Assembly: GCA_963739285.1 (NCBI GenBank)
Contig: CAVTZN010000004.1
Location: 31,227-95,226, forward strand
From: Candidatus Wildermuthbacteria bacterium
GTDB lineage: Bacteria; Patescibacteriota; Minisyncoccia; Minisyncoccales; CAVTZN01
Length of the DNA: 64,000 bases
Direction: 5' to 3'
Both the position numbers and the translations under genes were made by a program. Shown here piece after piece: positions 26,432 through 37,790 of the stretch (position 1 is its first letter; the number at the start of each line of letters is the position of its first letter). The notes under the pieces are model-generated. The model saw only the letters and a list, made by a program, of their open reading frames with translations. It did no database searches and was not told the origin of the DNA.

Positions 26432-29304
26432 ATGGAACTAAATTTTCCCGAAATTGAGGAGAAGATTCTCAAATTTTGGCAGGAGAATAAGATTTTTGAG
26501 AAGCTCAGAAAGAAAAACCATGGTAAAAAACGTTGGTCATTTTTGGACGGACCAATAACTGCCAATAACCCAATGGGCGTCCATCATGCCTGGGGGAGAA
26601 CTTATAAAGATGTTTTCCAAAGGTACAAAGCCATGCAAGGATTTGATCAGAGATTCCAGAATGGTTTTGATTGCCAGGGTCTTTGGGTTGAGGTTGAAGT
26701 AGAGAAAGAGCTCGGTTTCAAAACAAAAAAAGATATTGAAGAATATGGCATAGCTAAATTCGTTGAGAAATGCAAAGAAAGAGTTTGGCAATATTCTAAA
26801 ATTCAAACAGAACAATCAATCAAATTAGGTCAATGGATGGATTGGGAAAATTCTTATTACACGATGTCTGATGAGAATAATTATGCTATCTGGAATTTTC
26901 TTAAAAAATGCTATGAAAGGAATCTTTTATATAAAGGAAAAGATGTCGTGCCTTGGTGTCCGCGCTGCGGAACAGCTATTTCTCAACACGAAATTTTAAC
27001 CGAGGAATACCAAGAAATTACCCATAAAGCAGTTTTTCTCAAACTGCCAGTTTCAGGAAAACAAAATACTTTTTTCTTGGTTTGGACCACAACCCCCTGG
27101 ACTCTCCCAGGTAATGTGGCCCTAGCGGTACATCCCGAATTTTTATATACAGAAGTTCAAGATAAAGAAGGAAATATTTTTATCGTCCTGAAAGAAAAGG
27201 CAAACTTAATTCCAGAAGGGAAAATAATCAAAGAATTTCCTGGTAAAGAATTGAAAAATTTAGAATATCAAGGGATGTTCGATGAATTACCAGCAGTTAA
27301 AAAAGCTATAACTGAAAAAAAATATCGGGTTGTTCTATGGAAAGACGTCTCAGAGGAAGAGGGAACGGGTATTGTCCATATAGCTCCTGGATGTGGACAG
27401 GAAGACTTTCAATTAAGCAAAGAATTCAACCTTCCTGTCATTGATCCAACAGATGACGAAAGCAAGTACAAAGAAGGGTTCGAAAATTTAACTGGAAAAT
27501 TAGTAGCAGAAGTGAATAATTTAATTTTTGAGAACCTAGAAAAGAAAGGTCTAGTTTTTAAAATTGAAGATTATAAACATCGTTACCCAACTTGCTGGCG
27601 TTGTAAAACAGAATTAATTTTCCGTTTAGTTGATGAATGGTATATTGCCATGGAAAAGCTGAGAAAACCATTAATGCAAGTGGCAAAGAAAATTAAATGG
27701 ATTCCTGCTTTTGGATTAGAAAGAGAACTTGATTGGTTAAAGAATATGCAAGATTGGTTGATTTCTAAGAAAAGATATTGGGGGTTAGCTTTGCCAATTT
27801 TTGAGTGTTCTTGCGGTCATTTTGAAGTTATTGGCTCAAAAGAAGAGTTAAAACAAAGAGCAGTTGATGGCTGGGGCAAATTTGAAGGACATTCTCCGCA
27901 TCGGCCTTGGGTTGATGAAGTTAAAATTAAATGCCAGAAATGCGGAAAATTAATTTCCCGAATTCCTGACGTTGGTAATCCTTGGCTGGACGCCGGCATT
28001 GTGGCATTTTCAACAATGGGTTATTTCAACAATAAGAATTATTGGAAGTCGTGGTTTCCGGCTGATTTAATTTGTGAATCTTTCCCCGGCCAATTTAAAA
28101 ATTGGTTTTATTCTCTGATTGTGATGAGTACGGTTTTAGAAAAGACCAATCCTACTAAAACAATTTTCGGATATGCCTCGGTTCGCGATGAAAAAGGAGA
28201 AGAGATGCATAAGTCCAAAGGCAATGCTATTTGGTTTGATGAAGCGGTAGAAAAAATCGGTGCCGAACCGATGCGTTGGATGTATGCGAGACAAAACCCA
28301 GTTTATAATCTACTTTTTGGTTATAAAGCTGCCGAAGAAATAAAAAGAAAACTTTTAACTTTATATAATTCTATTGAATTTTTTACTACTTATGTTTCGC
28401 CCGAAGAATATCCGAAAAGAGAAAACGTAATCGAGATTAAACATTCTTTAGATCTTTGGATTTTATCTCGTTTAAATAATTTAGTCGAGCAGGTAACAAA
28501 AAATTTAGATAATTATAATGTAATGTCGGCGACCTTAGCGATTGAGGATTTTTTCATAAATGATTTATCACTTTGGTATATTAGAAGATCCAGAAAGCGT
28601 TTCCAAAGACCGAAAAACCAAGAAGAAAGAAAAGAAGCGCTGCAAACTCTTTACTGCGTTATTATGAATTTACTGAATCTGATAGCTCCTATAATGCCAT
28701 TTTTTGCCGAAGAAAATTATCAAAAATTTCGAAAAGATGGAATGCCAGAATCCATTCATTTAGTTAGTTGGCCAGAGACCAATAGGAAATTTATTCGAAA
28801 AGACCTTGAGAAAAAGATGCAAAAAGTGAGAGAAATTGTTGCTTTGGCTTTGGCAGAAAGGGCAAAAGCCACGATAAAAGTTCGGCAACCTTTGTCGAAT
28901 TTAAAAGTTAAAAAGTAAGAAGTTAGAGGATGAATTAGTGAATTTAATAAAAGAAGAAGTAAATGTCAAAGAGATAATCTTTGATGAAAAAATTGAGAAA
29001 TGAAGTTGAATTAGATACAAAAATAACTCCGGAATTGAGAGAAGAGGGAATAATTAGAGAAATAATTAGAAATATTCAGGAAATGAGGAAAGAAAGCCGG
29101 TCTAACACCAAAAGACCAAGTTTTAATTCAGTATTCTTCTTTACCGGTCTTAACTGAAGTTTTTAAAAAGAATCAAAACTTGATTCTTAAAGAGACTTTA
29201 GCTAATAGTTTAGAATTTATTTCAAAAGAGAAACTAGTTTTGATGAAGAAAAAGAAATTCTGATTGACCAAGAAAAACTTTGGTTAGCGATTAAGAAATT
29301 TTAA
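26432..29304 (+). CDS. ileS: Isoleucyl-tRNA synthetase (type 2, eukaryote/archaea-like); C-terminal ~130 codons frame-broken
   Basis: 828-aa ORF with PMGVHHAWGRTYKD and KSKGN-like MHKSKGN. 28918-29304 continues in pieces (...ELREEGIIREIIRNIQEMRK...WLAIKKF*). Confidence 0.88.
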
Positions 29305-29307
29305 TGT

Positions 29308-30045
29308 ATGTTCGTTAATTATCGAACTCAGGGGATAATTATAAAAAAAGAAGACCGTGGGGAGGCTAACCAATTATTTACGATTTATACAAAAGATTTT
29401 GGAAAGTTAGAAATTTTTGGGAAAGCAATTAGAAAAATTTCTTCAAAACTAAGAGCGGGAACAGATGTTTTTTATTTAACTGATATTGAATTTATTCAGG
29501 GAAAGGCCCATAAGACCTTAACTGATGCAGTTTTGATTGAAAAATTCGAAAACCTGCGAAGAGATTTGAACAAATTAAAAATCGCCTACCAAATTTCAGA
29601 AATTTTAGATGAATTAATCAAAGGGCAGGAACCAGATGAAGAGATTTGGGATTTGCTTAATAAAACTTTCCGGCGGTTAAATGATTTGAAATTTAAAATT
29701 AAAAATTGGAAATTAATCTATTACTATTTTCTTTGGAACTTTCTTTCTCTTCTGGGATACGAACCACAACTTTATAATTGTGCTATTTGCCAAAAAAAAT
29801 TAATTCCGGCAAAGCTCTACTTTAATCCAAGAGAAGGAGGGATAATTTGCGCTCAATGTTCAAAGAAAATTGAGAGAAAAAGAGAAATTAAGATAGAGAC
29901 TATTAAAATAATCAGAATTTTGCTTAAAAAAAACTGGCCAATCTTAAAAAGATTAAAATTAAAACCCGAAGATTTAAAGGAATTGAAATTAATTTCTGAT
30001 TATTTTCTTTTATATATCAAAAAAGAAGTAAGTGGGAATAACTGA
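29308..30045 (+). CDS. recO: DNA repair protein RecO
   Basis: 245 aa; OB-fold N-terminus (TQGIIIKKEDRGEANQLFTIYTKDFGKL) and zinc-finger CAICQKK...CAQC. Confidence 0.85.
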   Translation: MFVNYRTQGIIIKKEDRGEANQLFTIYTKDFGKLEIFGKAIRKISSKLRAGTDVFYLTDIEFIQGKAHKTLTDAVLIEKFENLRRDLNKLKIAYQISEILDELIKGQEPDEEIWDLLNKTFRRLNDLKFKIKNWKLIYYYFLWNFLSLLGYEPQLYNCAICQKKLIPAKLYFNPREGGIICAQCSKKIERKREIKIETIKIIRILLKKNWPILKRLKLKPEDLKELKLISDYFLLYIKKEVSGNN

Positions 30046-30070
30046 TTATTTCTGATATACTTAACCAAGA

Positions 30071-31696
30071 ATGAGAAGAATCACTATTTTTTTAATAATT
30101 TTGGCAGTGATTTTGGGCATAGTCGGTTTTTGGTATTATCAAAGAAACTTTTTCTCCAAAGAAGTTTTGAAGTTAGAAATCTTGGGATCGGAAGAGGTGA
30201 TCATGGGAGATGAAATCGAATACTTGGTTAAATATAAAAACACTGGCCAAATTACCCTAGAGGAGGCGAAATTGACTTTTGAATATCCGGAAAATTCCAT
30301 ACCTTCAGGCGGAGGCAACTCGAGGATTGAAAAAAAATTAGAAGATATTTATCCTGGCAAAGAGGAGACAGTCTCTTTTAAGGGGAGGATTTTAGGGAAA
30401 GAAAACGAATTAAAGGTCGCTAAGGCCTGGTTAAGTTTTCGGCCCAAAAATTTAAAAGCATTTTTTGAGTCATCCACTACTCGGACTTCGACGATCAAAT
30501 CAGTCCCTTTAACTTTTGAATTTGATTTGGCTTCCAGAGCTGAAAGCGGTCGAAATCTGACATTTTCCTTGAACTATTTTTCTAACTGCGATTTCCCCCT
30601 TTCTGATTTGGGAATAAAAATTGAATATCCTTCGGGGTTCGAATTTATTGAAGCAAAACCAAAAGGAGTTGATGAAGCCGATTGGGAAATAGCTCTTTTA
30701 AATAAAACCGAAGGAGGAAGAATAGAATTCAAGGGAAAATTAGTCGGCGAACTTTTTGAGCAGAAGATTTTTAAGGCGAATTTGGGAATTTGGAAAGATG
30801 ATCAATTTATTGTTCTGAGAGAAGCTCAAAAAGGAATAGAGATCATTAAACCATCGCTTTACTTATCTTATCAAATTAATAGTTTGCCAAATTATACCGC
30901 TTCCTTGGGCGATTTGCTTTATTATGAAATATTTTTTCGTAATATTGGTGATGACCCATTTGAAAATATCTTTTTGGCTGTTCAGCTTGAGGGAGAAAGC
31001 TATGATTTGAACACCCTGAAGACTGACGTTGGCGATTTCAGAAAAGGAGAAAACACGATTTTATGGGATAGCCAATCTCTGACGAAACTCCGTTTTTTGG
31101 ATGCTGGCGAAGAGGGAAAAGTCGAATTCTGGGTAAAATTAAAATCAGAGATGCCAATTTCTGATGAAAAAGAGAAAAATCCTTCAATCAAGGCGAAAAT
31201 CAGTATTGGCCAGGTCAAGGAAGAGTTCGTCACGAGGATTAATTCTAAGTTAGAGATTTCTCAGGAAGGTCTTTTTGCCGATTCAACTTTTCAAAATTCA
31301 GGACCTCATCCGCCCCAAGTCGGCGAAACCACAAACTACACTATTTTTTGGAAAGCGAAGAATTATTATAACGACTTGAAAAATGTTAAAGTAAAAGCCA
31401 CCTTACCTGCTCAAGTTAAATTAACCGGTCAGATGAAACCCTCTGATGCCAAATTAACTTTTGACCAGAATAGCCGGGAAATTGTTTGGGAAATCGGCGA
31501 TTTGAATTGGGGGACAGGAGTTTTGACCCAGGGACCGGAGTTAGCCTTCCAGATCGCTTTGACGCCCACTTTGAACCAAAAAGGTCAGGTCCCTTTACTT
31601 ATTCCCGAAGCTAGGATTTCCGGAGAAGATACTTGGACAGAAACAAATATTGAATCAATAGCGCCTTCAATTGTTGGCGAAGGAGTTATTCAATAA
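30071..31696 (+). CDS. Membrane-anchored extracytoplasmic protein with about four DUF11/CARDB-like beta-sandwich repeats
   Basis: 541 aa; N-terminal TM helix, then repeated E-x-Y-x-V/I-x-Y/F-x-N-x-G style strands. Confidence 0.45.
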   Translation: MRRITIFLIILAVILGIVGFWYYQRNFFSKEVLKLEILGSEEVIMGDEIEYLVKYKNTGQITLEEAKLTFEYPENSIPSGGGNSRIEKKLEDIYPGKEETVSFKGRILGKENELKVAKAWLSFRPKNLKAFFESSTTRTSTIKSVPLTFEFDLASRAESGRNLTFSLNYFSNCDFPLSDLGIKIEYPSGFEFIEAKPKGVDEADWEIALLNKTEGGRIEFKGKLVGELFEQKIFKANLGIWKDDQFIVLREAQKGIEIIKPSLYLSYQINSLPNYTASLGDLLYYEIFFRNIGDDPFENIFLAVQLEGESYDLNTLKTDVGDFRKGENTILWDSQSLTKLRFLDAGEEGKVEFWVKLKSEMPISDEKEKNPSIKAKISIGQVKEEFVTRINSKLEISQEGLFADSTFQNSGPHPPQVGETTNYTIFWKAKNYYNDLKNVKVKATLPAQVKLTGQMKPSDAKLTFDQNSREIVWEIGDLNWGTGVLTQGPELAFQIALTPTLNQKGQVPLLIPEARISGEDTWTETNIESIAPSIVGEGVIQ

Positions 31697-31701
31697 TTTA
31701 T

Positions 31702-33022
31702 ATGGAAAACTTAATGGAAAAAATTACATCACTTTGCAAGAGACGAGGATTTATTTTCCCTTCCTCAGAGATTTACGGCGGTTTTGGGTCTGGCTATGAT
31801 TTTGGGCCTTTGGGAGTGGAGATGAAAAATAATATTAAGAGGGCTTGGTGGGAAGAGATGACGCAGAAACAGAATCTGCCAGTTGGCGGAATCGTTGGCT
31901 TGGATGCGGCAATTTTGATGAGCCCGAAGGTTTGGGAGGCATCAGGTCATTTAACCGCTGGTTTTGCCGATGAATTGGTGGAATGTAAGGGGTGTAAAAA
32001 AAGATTTAGACTGGACCAAGTAGATAAAAAATGCCCTGAATGCGGTGGCGAATTAACCGCTCCTCGAAAATTTAATTTAATGATGAAAACTTTTGTTGGG
32101 CCGGTTGAAGATGAGGCAGCCGTCACTTATTTAAGAGCTGAAACCTGCCAAGGGATTTATATGAATTATGAGAACGTTTTGAATTCAATGCGGCTGAAAA
32201 TTCCCTTTGGTATGGCTCAAATTGGCAAGGCCTTTCGAAATGAAATCACCCCAAAAGATTTTATCTATCGTACTCGGGAATTTGAGCAAATGGAAATGCA
32301 GTGGTTTTGCCAGCCAAAAGAGGCTGACAAATGGTTTAATTATTGGAAAGAAGAAAGAATGAAATGGTATTTGAACTTGGGGATAAAAAAGGAAAATATA
32401 AGAATTAGAGAACATAAGAAAGAAGAGCTTCCTCATTATGCCAAAGCCGGAGCAGATATTGAATATAAGTTTCCCTTTGGCTGGAAAGAAATTGAAGGAA
32501 TTCATAACCGGGGAGATTGGGATTTATCAAATCATTCAAAATATTCTGGTAAGGACTTAAAATACTACGATGAAGAAACAAAAGAAAAATATTTCCCTCA
32601 TATTATTGAAACTTCGGCCGGAGCTGATAGAAGTTTTCTTACCTTTTTAGACAGATGCCTATCAGGAAATCAAGGGCGGTAGGACAAAAACGACCAAGGC
32701 CACAAAAGAAACGGAAATAGTTTTAAAACTGGCAAAAAAAATTGCTCCGATCAAAGTCGCAGTTTTACCCTTAGTTAAAAGTAAACCAGAATTAGTCAAA
32801 AAAGCGAAAGAAGTTTACAAAATTTTAAAATCTGAAGCTGTTTGCCAATATGACGAATCGGATTCTGTCGGTAGGAGATACCGAAGACAAGATGAAATCG
32901 GGACGCCTTATTGTATAACAATTGATTTTGAAACATTGGAAAAAGACGACGTGACGATTCGCGACCGCGACACAATGAAACAAGAAAGAGTAAAGATTAA
33001 AGAACTTGGTCAAAGTTTTTGA
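31702..33022 (+). CDS. glyQS: Glycyl-tRNA synthetase (alpha2 type), one frame break near 32650
   Basis: [40 protein letters not shown]. The tail (...[22 protein letters not shown]...) runs to TGA 33020-33022. Confidence 0.88.
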
Positions 33023-33056
33023 AAGAAAAATTGGAAAAATAAAGTTATTTATCTTC

Positions 33057-33088
33057 GCGCGCCGCGTCAGACGCGGCGCGCTTTTTTT
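33057..33088 (+). terminator. Strong GC-rich rho-independent terminator
   Basis: GCGCGCCGCGTC / GACGCGGCGCGC perfect 12-nt inverted repeat followed by T7. Confidence 0.85.
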
Positions 33089-33120
33089 ATCGGGGAAACT
33101 AAAGTATAATAGAAAAAGAT

Positions 33121-34381
33121 ATGTTTCGCAAAACCACTCTTAAAAATGGATTGAGGATTATTACTTATCCGATGGAGAAATACTCAGGCGGTAACGGTTT
33201 TAATATTGGTTGGCGCAGGCTCAAAATACGAAAGAAAAGATATAAATGGCCTCTCTCATTTATTGGAACACATGGCTTTTAAAGGGACGAAAAAACGATC
33301 CAATCCTACAGACGTTGCCAAAGAGATAGACAAAGTTGGCGGTATTATTAATGCTTTTACCGGTAAAGAATTAATGGGCTTTTGGGTAAAGGTTGATTCA
33401 AAGCATTTTGATTTATCTTGTGACGTTTTATCAGATATGATTTTCAACTCTCTTTTTCAGGAAAAAGAAATTGAGAAAGAAAAAAAGACGATTATCGAAG
33501 AAATTAATATGTCTTTAGACACTCCCCAAAATTACATTCTTGATTTATGGGAAAAGCTTTTATACGGCGACCAGCCAGCCGGCTGGCTGACTATTGGCGA
33601 AAAAGAAATAGTAAATAAAATTTCCCGGAAAGACATCCTAAGTTATTTAAAATCGCAATTCGGGGCGAAAAACGTTGTTATCTCTTTGGCTGGAAATTTT
33701 CAGGAAAAAGAAGTTTTGCCAAAATTAAATAAATTTTTTGGAAAATTTAAAAAAATAAAAACTCCCTTTAAAAAAACGGTTATTGAACAACAAAAAACCC
33801 CTCAAATTCTGCTTCAACAAAAAGAAACCGACCAGACCCATTTAACCTTGGGAGTTCGGGCTTATGATATTTTTTCTCCAAAAAAATATCCTTTAGCAGT
33901 TTTGGCTAATCTTTTGGGAGGAATTATGAGCTCCCGGCTTTTTATTGAAATCAGAGAAAAAAGAGGAATGGCTTATTATATTAGAACTGTCCCCGAAAAT
34001 TATACTGATACTGGTTACTTGGTTACTCACGCTGGTATTGATAATAAAAGAGTAGGGGAGGCAATTAAAATTATTTTAAAAGAATATCAGAAATTAAGAG
34101 AGAAAAAAGTTCCCAAAGATGAGCTTCAAAAAGCCAAAGACAATATAAAGGGTCATCTTTATTTGGGGTTAGAAACTTCCGACGCTTGGGCGGCTTATCT
34201 TGGCGCTCAAGAAATTTTACAAAGAAAAATCTCCACTCCCGAAGAGGAATGTAAGATGATTGATAAAGTCAGCCAGGATGATATTCTTAAGGTAGCCAGA
34301 GAGATTTTCCGGCCAAACAAGTTAAATTTAGCCTTAATCGGGCCGTTTAAGGATAAAGAGGAAACTTTAATAAATTATTAG
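33121..34381 (+). CDS. M16-family zinc peptidase (insulinase/PqqL-like), one frame break near 33180
   Basis: MFRKTTLKNGLRIITYPM... then GSKYERKDINGLSHLLEHMAFKGT (HxxEH motif). Confidence 0.8.
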
Positions 34382-34386
34382 ATTTT

Positions 34387-35424
34387 ATGAATCGTAAAGA
34401 TATAATCAGGATTTTAGACATTTCTTGGGGGACAATTTTGAAGATCGGGGTTGGTATTCTGATTTTTTACATTCTCTTTTTAATCAGAGACTTGATAGTT
34501 TGGTTTATTTTCGCTTTGATTATTTCTGTTTTATTCAACCCGGCAATTGATTTTTTCCAAAAAAGAAGAATCCCTCGGGTCCTAGCAGCAATTTTTGTTT
34601 ATTTGGCGATTTTTGGGATTTTTGGCCTTTTGATTTATGCCGTTGCTCCAACTTTTGTTTCCGAAATTCAAAAATTTAGCCAGAATTTCCCTCAATATTT
34701 TGAAAAAATTGCTCCGACTCTGAAGAGTTTAAAAATCGCCGCTTTCGAAAATTTAGAAAACCTTACCGGCATTTTGGAAAATATCCTGTCAAAGGCTAGT
34801 CAAAATATTTTTAATGCTCTTTCTCTGATTTTTGGAGGAATCTTTGCCACCTTTTTTGTCATTTCTATCGCTTTCTTCCTTTCTTTGGAAGAAAAAGCCA
34901 TCGAAAGGGTTTTGGGGATTCTTTCGCCGAGGAAATACGAGGTCTATATTTCCAATCTTTGGTCAAGATGCCAAAAAAGAGTTTCCGGCTGGTTTGCCTC
35001 CCGACTTTTATCCTCTTTGTTTGTGGTCATGGCCTCTTTTCTGGTTTTTAAATTATTTAAAATAGATTTTGCTTTCTCTCTAAGTTTTTTTGCCGGAGTT
35101 ACTAATCTTATCCCATTTATCGGTCCCCTTATTGCCGGAGCTATTATTTTTCTTATTGTTGTCATGAGCTCTCTCAGCAAAGCCATTTTTGTCTTAATTG
35201 CCTTCATTCTCATCCAGCAAATTGAGGGTAATTTAATCGGTCCAATCTTGTCTAAAAGATTTATCGGATTACCCCCAGTTTTGGTTTTGCTGGCCCTGGC
35301 AATCGGCGGAAAACTCTGGGGGATTTTAGGAGCAATTTTAGTAATTCCCTTGGCCGGAATTTTATACGAGTTTTTGAGAGACTTTTTGAAGAAAAGAAAA
35401 GAAGAAAAAGCGGCAGAAATCTAA
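34387..35424 (+). CDS. AI-2E family transporter (PerM/UPF0118)
   Basis: 345 aa, multi-TM, LIQQIEGNLIGPILSKRFIGLPPVLVLLA signature. Confidence 0.8.
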   Translation: MNRKDIIRILDISWGTILKIGVGILIFYILFLIRDLIVWFIFALIISVLFNPAIDFFQKRRIPRVLAAIFVYLAIFGIFGLLIYAVAPTFVSEIQKFSQNFPQYFEKIAPTLKSLKIAAFENLENLTGILENILSKASQNIFNALSLIFGGIFATFFVISIAFFLSLEEKAIERVLGILSPRKYEVYISNLWSRCQKRVSGWFASRLLSSLFVVMASFLVFKLFKIDFAFSLSFFAGVTNLIPFIGPLIAGAIIFLIVVMSSLSKAIFVLIAFILIQQIEGNLIGPILSKRFIGLPPVLVLLALAIGGKLWGILGAILVIPLAGILYEFLRDFLKKRKEEKAAEI

Positions 35425-35457
35425 ATTTGAGAAAAAGGCAAGAAAAAGGTAAAATTA

Positions 35458-35481
35458 AAGGGAGGTTAGAACCTCCTTTTA
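35458..35481 (+). terminator. Terminator hairpin after the AI-2E gene
   Basis: GGAGGT-TAGA-ACCTCC followed by TTTT. The ORF-track start at 35427 reads through it and is probably not real. Confidence 0.55.
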
Positions 35482-35486
35482 AGGTT

Positions 35487-36951
35487 ATGAAAAATTTTTA
35501 CGTTACAACCGCAATAGATTATGTAAATTCTTTTCCTCATTTAGGACATGCTTTAGAGAAAATCCAGGCAGATGTTATCGCCAGATATCATCGGATTTTA
35601 GGCGAGAAAGTTTTCTTTTTAACCGGAACAGATGAGCATGGGGCAAAGGTTACTAAGGCGGCAGAAAAAGAGGGGAAGGATCCGAAAGAATTTGTTGATA
35701 AAATTTCAGGGGAATTCAGAAAGTTGAAAGAGGCTCTAAATTTGTCTAACGACGATTTTATCAGAACGACCGATGAAATCAGGCATTGGCCAATAGTTAA
35801 AAATTTTTGGCGAAAACTTAAAGAAAACGGCGACATTTATAAAAAGAAATATCAAGGGCTTTATTGCGTGGGGTGCGAAGCTTTTATCACAAAAAAAGAT
35901 TTAATTGACGGAAAATGTAGAATTCACCAGAAAGAGCCGGAATTGGTAGAAGAAGAAAATTATTTTTTCCGCCTTTCAAAATATTCAAAAAAAATAGAAG
36001 AATTAGTTAAAAAAGACGAAGTCAAAATAATTCCGGAAGAAAGAAAAAACGAGATGTTAAGTTTTATCGGCCAGGGACTGGAAGATGTCAGTTTTTCGAG
36101 GCCAAGAAAAGATTTGAAATGGGGGGTTCCGGTTCCAGACGACGATTCTCAAACAATTTATGTTTGGGCTGATGCCTTGGTAAATTATATTTCTGCTTTG
36201 GGCGGTTTTGAAAATGGGAAATTTAAAGAATTTTGGCCGCCGGATATTCATTTTTTAGGAAAAGATATTTTAAGATTCCACGCCACAATTTGGCTAGGGA
36301 TGCTGTTATCTTTAGGATTAGAATTGCCTAAAAATATTTTCGTTCACGGGTTTATAACTTCCAATGGCCAGAAAATGTCAAAGAGCTTGGGAAACGTTAT
36401 CGATCCTTTTGAATTGGTAAAAAAATATGGCACCGACGCTGTCCGCTATTTTCTTTTGAGAGAAATTCCGCCTGCCGAAGACGGCGATTTTACTTATGAA
36501 AAATTTGAAGCAAAGATATAATTCAGATTTAGCCAGCGGGCTAGGTAATCTTAGTTGCACGGGTTCTACAGTTAGCTATGGAGATATCTAAATTAAAAAA
36601 GAAATTTTTAATTCTATTAAAATTAGCAAGATATAAATTTAAAATTGGCGATTGATAGAAACAAAAAAGAGATGAAAGAATTTTTAGAAGAATTTTGCAT
36701 TTAATGAGGCTTTAATTTCTATTTGGGATTTGATTAGTTGTTGTGATAAATATATTGAAGAAAAACGTCCTTGGGAAGTAGTCCTAACGGCTGGGGAGAT
36801 GATATTGAAAGTAAAAAAGTTGTGAGTGATATAGTCTTTATAATTAAAGAAATATCAAAATTGTTGGAATCCATTTTTGCCAGAAACCTCAGATAAAATA
36901 TTAAACCAATTAAAAACCAAAGAAAGTAAGTCTTTATTCCCAAGAATTTAA
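35487..36951 (+). CDS. metG: Methionyl-tRNA synthetase; C-terminal anticodon-binding part (36521-36951) heavily frame-broken
   Basis: MKNFYVTTAIDYVNSFPHLGHALEK (HIGH-like), KMSKSLGN; the distal part translates only in short pieces. Confidence 0.85.
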
Positions 36952-36953
36952 TT

Positions 36954-37788
36954 ATGCTAATTGACACCCACGCTCATTTGAATTTTAGTGCCTACAAAAA
37001 TGATGCTGAAGAAGTAATTAAGCGTTCTTTAGATAACAATATCTGGATGATAAATGTTGGCTCTCAATACGAAACAAGCAAAAGAGCGGTAGAAATTGCC
37101 GAGAAATATCCTAAAGGCGTATATGCGGCAGTAGGTCTTCATCCGATTCATTTATCAAGCGGAATTTTTAAAACAAAAATAGACAAAGAGGAAATTGAAT
37201 TTGAAACGAGAGAAGAGGAATTTGATTATGAAAAATACAAAAAATTAGCAAGTTCTAAAAAAGTAGTAGCTATTGGCGAGATCGGTTTAGATTATTATTA
37301 CAAACCAAAAACCAAAATAAAATTAGCCGTCTTTAAAGAAAAGCAAAAAGAAGTTTTTTTAAAACAATTAGAATTGGCCAGAGAATTAAATTTACCAGTC
37401 ATTTTCCACTGCCGAATGGCCCATGACGATTTAATAGAGATACTAAATACCGAAGACAAGAGACAAGAGACAAACCCAAGAGGAGTAATACACTGTTTTA
37501 CTGGCAACTGGGAACAAGCTCAGGAATATATGAAGATGGGGTTTTACCTCGGATTTAATGGCATAATTTTCAAGATGGATTTGGATGAAGTGATTAGAAA
37601 AGACTCCTTTAGGTAAAATTTTGGTTGAAACTGATTGTCCTTATTTAACACCAGAGCCAATGGTTGGTCGTAATGAACCAATATATGTAAAATATGTCGT
37701 TGAAAGAATCGCCAAAATAAAAAATCTAAGTTACAAAGAAATAGCTGAAAACACGACCCAAAATGCTAAAAATTTATTTAATTTATAA
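36954..37788 (+). CDS. tatD: TatD-family metal-dependent hydrolase, one frame break near 37600
   Basis: [11 protein letters not shown]..., [15 protein letters not shown]; the tail (...[11 protein letters not shown]...) runs to TAA 37786-37788. Confidence 0.85.
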
Positions 37789-37790
37789 GA

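Noticed and set aside
35427-35486. Upstream extension of metG (ORF-track start at 35427, MRKRQEKGKIKGRLEPPFKV...)
   Set aside because: The extension reads through the terminator hairpin GGAGGT-TAGA-ACCTCC-TTTT of the preceding gene. MKNFYVTTAIDY at 35487 matches typical MetRS N-termini.
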